From Patescibacteria group bacterium (GTDB lineage Bacteria > Patescibacteriota > Patescibacteriia > Buchananbacterales > UBA6539), in contig JAVEXP010000001.1 of the NCBI GenBank assembly GCA_034003985.1, positions 155,347-219,346 on the forward strand: a stretch of 64,000 nt of DNA, in the 5' to 3' direction. Below the pieces are notes generated by a model. The model worked only from the letters and a program-made list of their open reading frames with translations, had not been told where the DNA came from and made no database searches. Shown here in pieces: positions 39,553 through 49,432 of this stretch (position 1 is the first letter of the stretch; each line of letters starts with the position of its first letter). Both the position numbers and the translations under genes were made by a program.

Positions 39553-40530
39553 ATGAGTATGTCAACGATTTTGGCAGTACCTACGGTCGAGGTGGCAGTT
39601 GACCCGGAGATTCCGGATGTCACAATCACAATGGTCGAGCAGTGTCGGCCGATCTCCACCTACACCTACGAGAGGTTGCGTTGGCTCTATGTGCTGACAT
39701 TTCCTCTCTCGGTTGCCCTAACCTTGTGGGTTATGGGCAAGAAGTTTTTGTGTTTGGCATTGGGTCGTCCAATGCCAAGAATCAACACCATCTTTTTTGA
39801 TGGTTTGGGGGAGGAGTGCCGCCAGATCAAGATGGGCGAGGCCTCGTGGAAAGCCCTGCATGTCATCTATAACCATGTTTTTAAGTGGGGATGGCGGGTC
39901 GACACTTTCGTTGACAATTATTGGATCGGCATGGTCAATGCACAAGCGGTGCGTAACCGCTTCAAGTTGGTCAAGCAGGAGATCCGGCGGGCCATCATGT
40001 CGGTCTACGACGGAGCGGAAGTAAGAATTATGTCCCTGGCCTGCGGTTCGGCCCAAGCTATCATTGAAGTGATGGCCGAAATGAAACAGAAAGGGATCGT
40101 GGTTCGGGCAATGCTGGTCGACAAGGACCAGGACGCGCTTGACTATGCGATGCAACTTGCCAATGAGCATGGTTTGCAAGATCGTGTCAGCGTCGTTTGC
40201 GATACCGTCTCAAATGTCGAGTTCTTGGCAGCTGACTTTCGGCCTCAGATCATTGAGATGCTGGGGCTGCTGGACTACCTGCATCAGCTCAAAGCCATTG
40301 ATCTGGCTGCCAAGATCTATCGGTCGCTGCCCGACAAAGGCTGGTTTCTCACCTGTAACATTGCCCATAACTTCGAGATGTGGTTCCTGCGGTGGGTAAT
40401 TAACTGGCCGATGATCTATCGGACGCCTCGGCAGTTGGCGGAAGTGGTGCTCAAAGCCGGCTTTGCCGATTGTCGGCTGATTTACGAGCCCCATCGAGTC
40501 CACGGATTGGTAGTCACCCAGAAGGTGTAA
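39553..40530 (+). CDS. Class I SAM-dependent methyltransferase, PhcB/Methyltransf_20-like
   Basis: AQAVRNR, SLACGSA, LVDKD..AL, GLLDYL, W..IYR. Confidence 0.8.
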   Translation: MSMSTILAVPTVEVAVDPEIPDVTITMVEQCRPISTYTYERLRWLYVLTFPLSVALTLWVMGKKFLCLALGRPMPRINTIFFDGLGEECRQIKMGEASWKALHVIYNHVFKWGWRVDTFVDNYWIGMVNAQAVRNRFKLVKQEIRRAIMSVYDGAEVRIMSLACGSAQAIIEVMAEMKQKGIVVRAMLVDKDQDALDYAMQLANEHGLQDRVSVVCDTVSNVEFLAADFRPQIIEMLGLLDYLHQLKAIDLAAKIYRSLPDKGWFLTCNIAHNFEMWFLRWVINWPMIYRTPRQLAEVVLKAGFADCRLIYEPHRVHGLVVTQKV

Positions 40531-40553
40531 ACCTTCAAGAACGGTGGCTTGGG

Positions 40554-40600
40554 CCTGGGAAAAATGCTATACTGAAAGCAGTTTTCCCAGGTTCTATTTT
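40554..40600 (+). terminator. Hairpin/terminator overlapping an extended -10 (TGCTATACT)
   Basis: CCTGGGAAAA/TTTTCCCAGG stem then T-rich tract. Confidence 0.55.
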
Positions 40601-40602
40601 TT

Positions 40603-42807
40603 ATGGCGTTAATATTTCCTTACGCTCTATCGGCCTTAATTAATGCACTAACCAGTTTGATACTCGGGACTTTTGTTGTTGTTAAAAATTTTCGAAATAA
40701 AGTTAATCTAACTTTTGGCTTGTTTGCCTTTAGTGTAGCTTTCTGGAGCATCGGCTATTATTTATGGCAGATGTCGGGAACAAGTGAAATAGCCTTATTT
40801 TGGTGTAGGGTTTTAATGGCCGGGGCAATATTTATTCCAATTTTTTATTTTCATTTTGTATTGGCATTGATTGGTCTGTTGGAAAAAAAACGCTTGGTCC
40901 TGGTTGTTGGCTATGTTATTTTTATTTCTTTTTTCTTTTTGAATTTTACTTCGTTTTTTGTTAATCGAGTTGAGCCAAGATTATATTTTAAATTTTGGCC
41001 ACTTCCTGGTCCTGCTTATCACGGATTTTTGATTTTATGGTTTTTGTATGTTGCTTATTCAACTTATTTGTTGTATCAGAAGTATAAGAATTCTTCCGGC
41101 ACTATAAGGCAACAAATAAAGTATGTTTTTTTGGGAATGGTCATTGGTTTTGCTGGCGGCTCAACTAATTATTTGCTGTGGTATGGTATACCAATCCCAC
41201 CAGTAGCAAATATTTTAGTTTCGGTTTATGTTGGTTCAATTGCTTATGCAATTGCCAAATATCGCCTAATGGATATTAGATTTTTTGCTCGCAAGGCATT
41301 CATTTATTTTGGAATGGCACTTTTTACTTATTTAATGTTTTATTTTGTTGCTTGGCTATATCTAGCTTTCGCTGATGGGATATTTACTTCGACATCCTAT
41401 TTGACAGGGTTAATAATTGCTCCGTTTTTTGTATTTTTCTTTTATTTAGTTAACCATTTTTTAAAGTTGGTGGCTAATAAATATTTTTTTGCCAGTCTTT
41501 ATAATTATCAAGAAACAATCAATAAATTAACTCGGGAGCTTAATTATTATACTGATTTGAATAAAATTATTGATTCAATTGTCGAGACGATCAAAAATAC
41601 CATGCAGTTGGATCGCGCCGGTGTTTTGTTGATTAATCAAAATGTTAAACCAGTTCATTATCAAATTGCCAAAGTCATCGGTTTTAATGAGCATAACGGC
41701 ATTAGCTTGGTTCAGGATAATTTTTTGACCAGATATTTGGAAAGCAGCCAGAAACCACTGGTTAGAGAGGAGCTGGCTTTGTTGGCAAACAATGCCACCA
41801 GGCAGAAAGACAAAGAAAGCTTTGAACAGTTGGCCGAACACATGAAGCGCATTGAAGCCTCGCTTTGTTTGCCGCTGACCAGCAATACCAAACTGATTGG
41901 TATAATTGTTTTAGGGTCAAAAGCCTCGCGTGATGCCTATACTAATGAAGATTTAGAGCTTTTGAGCACTCTTTCATTGCAGGCGGCTATCGCGATTGAT
42001 AATGCCAGACTTTATCAGGAGGTACAGAATTTCAACAAGAATTTACAGCAGAAAGTTGATATCCAAACTCAAGAAATAACTAAGAAAAATCAGTATCTTC
42101 AGGAATTGCTTAAAATGAAAAACGAATTTTTAAACATCGCTTCCCATCAGCTCAAAACGCCGATTTCCATTACGCGCGGGTACTTGTCAATGATTCTGGA
42201 CGGTACTATCAAAGAACAAGCCAAACAGCAGGACGCGCTGGAAAAGGCGATGGGCGGAATTAACCGGCTTAATGAAACAGTCAAGAATTTTTTGGATGCC
42301 TCCGATTTGGAGGGGAAAGAGATGGAGCTGGAAATCGCCAAAACTGATATTTTGAAATTGATCGAAGATTTAATTGCCGCCAAGAAAATTCTGGCCGAAA
42401 ATAAAGGTTTAGTTTTGGAATTCATTAAACCTAAAGAAAAGATTCCAAGTTTTAATTTGGACGGCTCAAGGTTAACTGAAGCCATTTCCAATCTGATAGA
42501 TAATGCGATATTTTATACTAACGAGGGCAAGGTTTGTGTTAGTCTTAATGTTAGCAATAATGAAATAATCATCTCGATTCAGGATACCGGCATTGGTATC
42601 TCCCCCTCAGAACAGAAAAATTTATTTAATAAATTTCGCCGCGGCAAGCGGGCAATTTTGGCTAAGCCTGACGGTTCGGGGTTGGGACTGTATATTTGTA
42701 AAAAAATTGTTGAGCTACATAAAGGCAAAATAGTCTTAGAGAGTGCCGTTGGGCAAGGAACCAAGTTTATAATTCAACTTCCGACAAATTTGAAAGCGCT
42801 AAAATAA
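40603..42807 (+). CDS. Sensor histidine kinase (HisKA_7TM-like N-terminus, GAF, HisKA, HATPase)
   Basis: Multi-TM; IAKYRLMDI; ASHQLKTP; NLIDNA; DTGIG; GSGLGL. Confidence 0.93.
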   Translation: MALIFPYALSALINALTSLILGTFVVVKNFRNKVNLTFGLFAFSVAFWSIGYYLWQMSGTSEIALFWCRVLMAGAIFIPIFYFHFVLALIGLLEKKRLVLVVGYVIFISFFFLNFTSFFVNRVEPRLYFKFWPLPGPAYHGFLILWFLYVAYSTYLLYQKYKNSSGTIRQQIKYVFLGMVIGFAGGSTNYLLWYGIPIPPVANILVSVYVGSIAYAIAKYRLMDIRFFARKAFIYFGMALFTYLMFYFVAWLYLAFADGIFTSTSYLTGLIIAPFFVFFFYLVNHFLKLVANKYFFASLYNYQETINKLTRELNYYTDLNKIIDSIVETIKNTMQLDRAGVLLINQNVKPVHYQIAKVIGFNEHNGISLVQDNFLTRYLESSQKPLVREELALLANNATRQKDKESFEQLAEHMKRIEASLCLPLTSNTKLIGIIVLGSKASRDAYTNEDLELLSTLSLQAAIAIDNARLYQEVQNFNKNLQQKVDIQTQEITKKNQYLQELLKMKNEFLNIASHQLKTPISITRGYLSMILDGTIKEQAKQQDALEKAMGGINRLNETVKNFLDASDLEGKEMELEIAKTDILKLIEDLIAAKKILAENKGLVLEFIKPKEKIPSFNLDGSRLTEAISNLIDNAIFYTNEGKVCVSLNVSNNEIIISIQDTGIGISPSEQKNLFNKFRRGKRAILAKPDGSGLGLYICKKIVELHKGKIVLESAVGQGTKFIIQLPTNLKALK

Positions 42808-42811
42808 ATAT

Positions 42812-43219
42812 ATGGCTAACCAAAAAAAAGTTTTATTTATTGAAGACGAACCGGGGTTGATTGATATTTATCATTTGACTTTTGATGCTCATGGTTATCA
42901 ATTTTTTTCGACAGCCGATATTGAAGAGGGTATGATCATCGCCAAAACCCAGCAACCGGACATTATTCTTTTGGATATTATTTTGCCGGAAAAGAGCGGT
43001 GATTCGGTTAATATCTCGGCCAAACAAGGGCTGGTATTTTTAAGCCGAGCAAAAAGCGACAAACAAATTAAGGATATTCCGGTTGTGGTTTTTACCAACC
43101 TTAACTCTTCGGCTGATCGCCAAAAAGCCAAGGAACTGGGAGCGGTGGACTATCTGGTTAAGGCGGACAACTTGCCTGATGAAGTGTTTAAAAAGGTAGA
43201 TAAATTCTTGAATCAGTAA
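42812..43219 (+). CDS. Single-domain response regulator
   Basis: IEDE, PDIILLDIILP, FTN, GAVDYLVK. Confidence 0.92.
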   Translation: MANQKKVLFIEDEPGLIDIYHLTFDAHGYQFFSTADIEEGMIIAKTQQPDIILLDIILPEKSGDSVNISAKQGLVFLSRAKSDKQIKDIPVVVFTNLNSSADRQKAKELGAVDYLVKADNLPDEVFKKVDKFLNQ

Positions 43220-43349
43220 GGATTTGGACTTTGTGGATAACATAATTATTGAGACTTGACAGTAGTTTGGTTTCAGCATACAATAAGTTCTAATAATATT
43301 AATTCATACAGTTGTGGCTGTATTTTTTATATAAATTTAAGGAGCAATC

Positions 43350-43808
43350 ATGGGAACAAACTATATTACCAAAGAGGGACTTGAAAAGTTAAAAGAAGAA
43401 CTTGAATATTTAAAAAAGACCAAAATGCCCGAAGTAGTTGAGCGAATTTCCCGCGCCAAGGAGCTTGGTGATTTGTCGGAAAACGCCGAATATCATGACG
43501 CCAAAGACGAACAGGGCTTTATCGCTGGGCGGATTGCCGAATTGGAAAATTTGGTTATCAAATCATTAGTGATTGAAGAAAGTGGCAGTAAAGAGGTGGT
43601 CAGCATTGGTTCGACAATTAAGGTAAAATGCGATAATCATAGTTTTACTTATACGATCGTCGGATCAAATGAAGCTAATCCGGCTCATGGCCTGATTTCA
43701 AACGAATCGCCAATCGGTCGAGCTTTTTTGGGAAGAAAGAAGGGCGACAAAGTCACAGTCAAGGTTCCAAGGGGTGAAATGGAATGCCATATTTTGGAAA
43801 TTGGCTAG
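43350..43808 (+). CDS. greA: Transcription elongation factor GreA
   Basis: GDLSENAEY, ISNESPIG. Confidence 0.96.
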   Translation: MGTNYITKEGLEKLKEELEYLKKTKMPEVVERISRAKELGDLSENAEYHDAKDEQGFIAGRIAELENLVIKSLVIEESGSKEVVSIGSTIKVKCDNHSFTYTIVGSNEANPAHGLISNESPIGRAFLGRKKGDKVTVKVPRGEMECHILEIG

Positions 43809-43829
43809 AATCAAAATTAAAAACCAACC

Positions 43830-43863
43830 AATTACCCCGTGAAAATCGGGGTAATTTTATTTT
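43830..43863 (+). terminator. Terminator after greA
   Basis: AATTACCCCG/CGGGGTAATT plus T-tract. Confidence 0.75.
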
Positions 43864-43915
43864 GACTAAAATCGTTTTTTTTAGTAAAATTATTCTATAA
43901 AATTTTATAACTTTT

Positions 43916-45394
43916 ATGACTAATACCCTAAATGACGAGTATCAGACTCGTCTTAATAAACTCAAAAATCTTAGGGAGCGAGGGATAAATCCTTATCCTG
44001 AACGGTTTGAAAAACTTCAGTCAATTGCTGAAGTTTTACAGTATAAAATCGGTAGAAAGGTAAAGACGGCCGGTCGAATTGTGACGGTTAGGATAATGGG
44101 TAAGATTGCCTTTTGCCATCTTCAGGATTGGTCCGGTCGAATGCAGATTGTTTTAAAGGAAGATGAAGTCGGTAAAGATGGTTTGAAAGAGTTTAGTAAG
44201 ATTTTTGATCCCGGTGATTTTATCGGTGTCGAGGGGGAAGTATTCAAAACTCAAAAAGGAGAGCTGTCGATTTTAGTGAAAAAATATAAATTATTGAGTA
44301 AGACTTTGCGACCTCTGCCGGAGAAATGGCACGGTTTAAAGGATCAGGAATTGAAATATCGTCAACGCTACCTCGATTTAATTTCCAATCATGAAACATT
44401 AGAGCGGTTTAAACTGCGAAGCAGGCTGATTAGGTCTTTGCGCGAATTTTATTGGTCAAATGGTTTTATGGAAGTTGAGACGCCAATTTTGACCAATACT
44501 GCTTCGGGCGCTTTAGCTAAACCGTTTAAAACCCATTATAATGCCTTGGATATCGATGTTTATTTAAGGATTGCGCCGGAAACTTATTTAAAGGAGTGTG
44601 TGGTCGGTGGAATTGAAAAAGTTTTTGAGGTCGGTCGGGCTTTCCGGAATGAAGGGATGGATCCGTCTCACTTACAAGATTTTACCATGGCGGAACACTA
44701 TGTAGCCTATTGGAATTTTGAAGACAATATGAAATTTACCGAGGAACTTTTTGCCTATTTATTGGATAAACTGTTTGGAACTCTGAAATTGGAGATAAAA
44801 GATCGTCAGGGGCAATTGCACCAAGTTGACTTCAAGCCACCATGGCCGCGAGTCAGTTTTGCTCAATTGATTAAAAAGGATTGCGGCATTGATATTGATA
44901 AATTTGATTCGGCATTAAGCTTGCGAAAAGAAGTTAAAAATAAAAAAATTATTATCGAAGACATTGACCGCTTGGGTCGGGGCAATTTGATCGACGCTTT
45001 GTATAAGGCGGTTTCGCGGGACAAGCTGATTAAACCGACTTTTTTAATTAATCATCCACTTGATCTTTCACCGTTGGCCAGGAGAAACGATGACAACCCG
45101 CAGATTGTTGATCGTTTTCAGTTGATTGTTAACGGTTGGGAAATTGTTAACGCTTATTCGGAACTGGTTGACCCAGTTGATCAAGCTCAACGATTTGAAG
45201 CTCAAAACGAGGCTAAGGCCAAAGGTGATGCCGAGGCTCACGGCAAAGATGACGAATATGTCAGGGCTTTGGAGCATGGGGCGCCGCCGATTTCAGGCTG
45301 GGGCATGGGAATTGACCGCATTGTTACTTTATTAACTAAACAAGATAATTTAAGAGACGTGGTTCTGTTTCCATTACTGCGTCCGGAAAAATAA
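43916..45394 (+). CDS. lysS: Lysine--tRNA ligase class II
   Basis: YRQRYLDL, YLRIAPE, FRNEG, NAYSEL.DP, GMGIDR. Confidence 0.97.
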   Translation: MTNTLNDEYQTRLNKLKNLRERGINPYPERFEKLQSIAEVLQYKIGRKVKTAGRIVTVRIMGKIAFCHLQDWSGRMQIVLKEDEVGKDGLKEFSKIFDPGDFIGVEGEVFKTQKGELSILVKKYKLLSKTLRPLPEKWHGLKDQELKYRQRYLDLISNHETLERFKLRSRLIRSLREFYWSNGFMEVETPILTNTASGALAKPFKTHYNALDIDVYLRIAPETYLKECVVGGIEKVFEVGRAFRNEGMDPSHLQDFTMAEHYVAYWNFEDNMKFTEELFAYLLDKLFGTLKLEIKDRQGQLHQVDFKPPWPRVSFAQLIKKDCGIDIDKFDSALSLRKEVKNKKIIIEDIDRLGRGNLIDALYKAVSRDKLIKPTFLINHPLDLSPLARRNDDNPQIVDRFQLIVNGWEIVNAYSELVDPVDQAQRFEAQNEAKAKGDAEAHGKDDEYVRALEHGAPPISGWGMGIDRIVTLLTKQDNLRDVVLFPLLRPEK

Positions 45395-45398
45395 AAAT

Positions 45399-45809
45399 AT
45401 GTTAGGAGTCGGTGAAATTATTTCCCGTTTATTATTAGTAACTGTTTTGGCCGGGCTGTTGGGTTTGGAGCGTGAATTCAAGGATAAACCGGCCGGTTTT
45501 CGAACCAATGTCATGGTTGGGCTCGGTTCGGCTTTGACAATGATTGTGTCTTTAATGTTTGAAATTGATTCGGCCAGAATTGCCGCGGGAGTAATAACCG
45601 GCATTGGTTTTATCGGCGGCGGCTTGATTATTCACGGTAAGAGCGAAGTCCACGGTATTACTACGGCCGCGACAATTTGGGTTGTGTCGGCAATCGGTTT
45701 GGCGGTCGGTGCCGGTTATTTTTTGCCGGCCGGCGTAGTTACCGCCATTGCCTTGTTTGTTCTCTACTTTTTCAGTGATGACCGGATGCATAAAATTTTT
45801 GGAGTTTAA
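45399..45809 (+). CDS. MgtC/SapB family protein
   Basis: GLERE...PAGFRT, RIAAGVITGIGFIGGG, GITTAA.IW. Confidence 0.92.
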   Translation: MLGVGEIISRLLLVTVLAGLLGLEREFKDKPAGFRTNVMVGLGSALTMIVSLMFEIDSARIAAGVITGIGFIGGGLIIHGKSEVHGITTAATIWVVSAIGLAVGAGYFLPAGVVTAIALFVLYFFSDDRMHKIFGV

Positions 45810-45814
45810 ATTAT

Positions 45815-46381
45815 ATGGACCGCGCCGAAGCTTATGAATTACTGAAACAGCACATGAAGGATCCGGCTAATCTTAACCATAGCCGGGAGTCCGAAGTCAT
45901 TATGCGCGCATTGGCCAGAAAATTCGGCGGCGATCAAGAATATTGGGGCAATCTCGGCCTGCTTCATGATATTGATTGGGAATATGGCGAACAGCAGCAT
46001 TGTCGGAAGTGCTGGAAAATCTTAGCAGCGGCTGGTTTTGACGATGAATTCATTGAGACGATCGTCTCGCACGGGTACGGTTTTGCCGAGCTGGGTCAGG
46101 ATTTTGCGGCTAAGCAAAGACAGGGTGATTTACAACATTTGTTGGCTGCCGCCGAGACCATCACTGGTCTAATTTACGCCTCAGCCCTGGTTAGGCCGGA
46201 TAAGAAATTGGAATCAGTCGAGGCAAGATCAATCAAGAAAAAGATGAAGGACAAATCCTTTGCCGCCAAAGTTGATCGGGAGGTAATTAAAGAATGCGAG
46301 CAGGCCGGCATTATGCTGGATGATTTCATTGAATTGAGTTTGAAAGCGGTAAAAGAAATTGCTGCCGAGATCGGAGTTTAA
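45815..46381 (+). CDS. HDIG/HD-domain phosphohydrolase
   Basis: H...GLLHDID, KKKMKDKSFAA. Confidence 0.88.
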   Translation: MDRAEAYELLKQHMKDPANLNHSRESEVIMRALARKFGGDQEYWGNLGLLHDIDWEYGEQQHCRKCWKILAAAGFDDEFIETIVSHGYGFAELGQDFAAKQRQGDLQHLLAAAETITGLIYASALVRPDKKLESVEARSIKKKMKDKSFAAKVDREVIKECEQAGIMLDDFIELSLKAVKEIAAEIGV

Positions 46382-46382
46382 T

Positions 46383-46817
46383 ATGACTGTGGCGTCAAAA
46401 GTAAAACCACAAAGAGTGATGGTATTTGGCACTTTTGACGGCTTGCATCAAGGTCATTTGAATTTATTCAAACAAGCCAGAAAATATGGCGACTATTTGA
46501 TTGTGGTGGTGGCGCGTGATATCAATGTTTTAAAGATTAAAGGTCATAGGCCAGAAAAATCCGAGCGGCAAAGATTAAAGGATGTGTCGGATGTTAAATT
46601 AGTTTCGTTGGCGGTTTTGGGAAATATTAAGGATCCCTATGCCGTAATTCGGCGCTATCGGCCTTCAGCCATTGGCTTGGGTTATGATCAGGACAGCTTT
46701 ACTAAAAATTTAAAAGAAAATTTTTTGGCTATTAAAATTTATCGTTTAAAACCTTATCGGGCCAATATTTATAAATCATCAAAATTAAGAAATCAAAGGT
46801 ATGTTAGACATCAATAA
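46383..46817 (+). CDS. Cytidylyltransferase-like / archaeal-type FAD synthase (RibL-like)
   Basis: FGTFDGLHQGH, VVARD, LGYDQ, KSSK. Confidence 0.8.
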   Translation: MTVASKVKPQRVMVFGTFDGLHQGHLNLFKQARKYGDYLIVVVARDINVLKIKGHRPEKSERQRLKDVSDVKLVSLAVLGNIKDPYAVIRRYRPSAIGLGYDQDSFTKNLKENFLAIKIYRLKPYRANIYKSSKLRNQRYVRHQ

Positions 46818-48051
46818 AATTCGTGAAGATCAGGAGGGAATCCGAGCCGCGTTGCTTAAAAGAATGGACCCGGAAAAATTGGACCTGGATTCAATTTTAA
46901 AGATTGACGACCAGCGGCGCAAATTATTGCAGGAAGTCGAAATCTTGAAGGCTGAACGCAATAAATATTCCAAAACCAAACCAGACCAGGAAACAATCGT
47001 TAAAATGAAGAAAGTCGGAGAGCAGATTAAAGAGTTTGATGAGCAAGTCAAAGCTACTGAAAATAATTTGCGAGAAAAATTGGCGGAATTGCCTAATATT
47101 CCGGCTGAAGATGTTTTGCCGGGCGGCAAAGAAAACAATAAAGTAATCAAGGTGGTTGGCCAGAAACCGGAGTTTGATTTTGAACCCAAGGATCATTACG
47201 AATTGGCCACCAGTCTAGGAATCATTGATTACGAGCGGGCGGCCAAAATGTCAGGAACGGGGTTTTGGGTGTATCGCGGCGACGGGGCGATTTTGGAGTG
47301 GGCGTTGCTTAGTTATTTTTTGGAATTTCACCGAGGCAATCATTATATTTTTATGATTCCACCGTTTTTGCTGACCGAACAATCAGCTTATACCTCCGGA
47401 CATTTGCCAAAATTTCGCGATGATTTGTTTTGGACCCAAGATCAAACTTGCCTTAATGCCACTAGTGAAATGATGCTTGGCAATTATCATCGTGACGAAA
47501 TTTTGGACGCCGAAGAATTGCCAATCAAATATGCGGCTTACTCAGCTTGTTTTCGACGGGAAGCCGGCAGTTACCGCAAAGAAGAGCGGGGGATGATCAG
47601 GGGTCATCAATTCAATAAAATTGAGATGTTCCATTACACCAAGCCGGAACAATCTTGGGACTCGTTTGACGAGTTGGTTAGTAATGCCGAAAAATTGGTG
47701 GAAGGCTTGGGGTTGCATTTTCAGACTGTTCAATTGGCCGCTGGCGATGCCAGTGCGGCAATGGCCAAAACCATGGATGTGGAAGTCTGGATTCCCAGCA
47801 TGAATATCTACAAAGAAGTCAGCAGTGTGTCCAATGCTTTGGATTACCAGGCGCGGCGCGGCAATGTCAGATTTAAAGATAAAGAGAGCGGTAAAAATGA
47901 ATTTGTTCACACCTTGAATGCTTCGGGGTTGGCAACCAGCCGTTTATTCCCGGCGATTTTGGAACAATTTCAAAATGCTGACGGCAGTGTTAGTATCCCT
48001 AAAGCCTTGCAGAAGTATACCGGTTTTAAGAAAATTGAGCCTAAAAAATAG
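46801..48051 (+). CDS. serS: Serine--tRNA ligase
   Basis: MLDI, ATSE, FRREAGS, R.HQF.KIE, HTLNASGLA. Confidence 0.96.
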   Translation: MLDINKIREDQEGIRAALLKRMDPEKLDLDSILKIDDQRRKLLQEVEILKAERNKYSKTKPDQETIVKMKKVGEQIKEFDEQVKATENNLREKLAELPNIPAEDVLPGGKENNKVIKVVGQKPEFDFEPKDHYELATSLGIIDYERAAKMSGTGFWVYRGDGAILEWALLSYFLEFHRGNHYIFMIPPFLLTEQSAYTSGHLPKFRDDLFWTQDQTCLNATSEMMLGNYHRDEILDAEELPIKYAAYSACFRREAGSYRKEERGMIRGHQFNKIEMFHYTKPEQSWDSFDELVSNAEKLVEGLGLHFQTVQLAAGDASAAMAKTMDVEVWIPSMNIYKEVSSVSNALDYQARRGNVRFKDKESGKNEFVHTLNASGLATSRLFPAILEQFQNADGSVSIPKALQKYTGFKKIEPKK

Positions 48052-48062
48052 CTTAATTAAAA

Positions 48063-49181
48063 ATGTATAATTCCTGGGTGGAAATTTCCCGGTCGGCGAT
48101 TATCCATAATTTAGCGCAGTATCAGCGGTTAGTTGGTTCGGAAGTAGCGGTAATGCCAATAGTAAAAAGCAATGCTTATGGCCATGGTATGGCGGAAATC
48201 GCCAGGCTGGTAGCGCCGCGGGTTAAGTGGTTGGGAGTTGTCAGTTTGGGTGAAGCTTTGGAATTAAGAAGGCTGGGAATCAAACGGAGGATTTTTGTTT
48301 TAAGCTATGTTTCCCAACAGTATTTATCAGCAGGAATCAAACAGAGAATTGATTTGCCTATTTATGATTTGGAATCGGCTAAATTAATCAATGCTGTTGC
48401 CGGCAGACTTAAGATTAAGGCGCGCCTTCACATCAAAGTGGATACCGGTGCAACCAGGGTTGGAATTTTGACATCGCAAGTTGGCGGTTTTGTCCAACAG
48501 CTCACCACCCTGCCAAATTTAAAGATGGAGGGAATTTACAGTCATTTTGCGGCCAGCGAAGAAAATCAGAAATATACCGGACTCCAGCTTAAAAGATTTC
48601 AGCAAGTCTTAGCTGATTTAAAGATAGAAATTCCGACAAGGCATTTTGCTTGTTCAGCCGCAATTTTGGTTGAACCGAAAGCTCATTTTAATCTGATTAG
48701 ACTGGGTTTGGGATTGTATGGTTTGTGGCCATCTGAGCTGGTTAGAAATTTAGCCCAAAAGAAATATCCTGGGTTTGAGTTAAAGCCAGCCTTAACTTGG
48801 AAGACTACAATTATTCAAGTTAAAACTATTTCGGCCAAAACTAAGATTGGTTATGGTTGCAGTTATACCGCCAAGACCAAAATGAAAATTGCTGTCATTG
48901 CGGTTGGCTATTGGGAAGGCTATGATAGACATTTGAGTAATAAAACGGAAGTCTTAGTTGGTAATAAGCGTTGTCCGTTGGTTGGTCGAATTTGCATGAA
49001 TATTTCGATGATTGATGTAAGTAAAGTTAGAGATGTTAAGGTTGGCCAGGAGGTGGTGTTGCTGGGTAAACAAGGGAGAGAGGAAATAACAGCGGAAGAA
49101 TTAGCTGGAAGAATTGGTACGATTAATTATGAGCTGGTGACCAGGATTAACCCAATACTGGAACGCCGATATTTAGATTAA
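48063..49181 (+). CDS. alr: Alanine racemase
   Basis: VKSNAYGHG, KVDTG..R.G, GRICM, TINYE. Confidence 0.95.
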   Translation: MYNSWVEISRSAIIHNLAQYQRLVGSEVAVMPIVKSNAYGHGMAEIARLVAPRVKWLGVVSLGEALELRRLGIKRRIFVLSYVSQQYLSAGIKQRIDLPIYDLESAKLINAVAGRLKIKARLHIKVDTGATRVGILTSQVGGFVQQLTTLPNLKMEGIYSHFAASEENQKYTGLQLKRFQQVLADLKIEIPTRHFACSAAILVEPKAHFNLIRLGLGLYGLWPSELVRNLAQKKYPGFELKPALTWKTTIIQVKTISAKTKIGYGCSYTAKTKMKIAVIAVGYWEGYDRHLSNKTEVLVGNKRCPLVGRICMNISMIDVSKVRDVKVGQEVVLLGKQGREEITAEELAGRIGTINYELVTRINPILERRYLD

Positions 49182-49385
49182 AAAAGACCCCACCAAACCG
49201 AGCCATTCCCTCTCCATGGTGGAGTAGGAACAGCAAGGTGGTCTGGTGGGGCTGGGGAAGGTTATCGGTAGCTGTTCCAGGGAGGTCCGGTACGCCGACC
49301 GGGATCCTGAGTGCTTGTAGGTGCTGCGCACCAATCCGCTGCGTTTTGGAACTCTCAGGCTTTTCCTCGTTCTACCGATGACAAA
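49180..49385 (-). ncRNA. Putative ~200-nt structured RNA on - strand between alr and ddl
   Basis: Minus-strand TTGACT-17-TAAGAT (49418-49390); nested stems; GC terminator stem plus U6. Confidence 0.55.
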
Positions 49386-49432
49386 AACAATCTTAGAAGA
49401 TTTATTAGGATAAGTCAATAAATTATTAAAAA

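Noticed and set aside
43232-43240. DnaA box TGTGGATAA (also 52608, near-match ~54162) as oriC
   Set aside because: Isolated single boxes with no cluster, no dnaA/dnaN and no evident skew switch.
49173-49418. 81-aa minus-strand ORF
   Set aside because: Its TTG start is the -35 hexamer of the promoter; no SD; composition is not protein-like.
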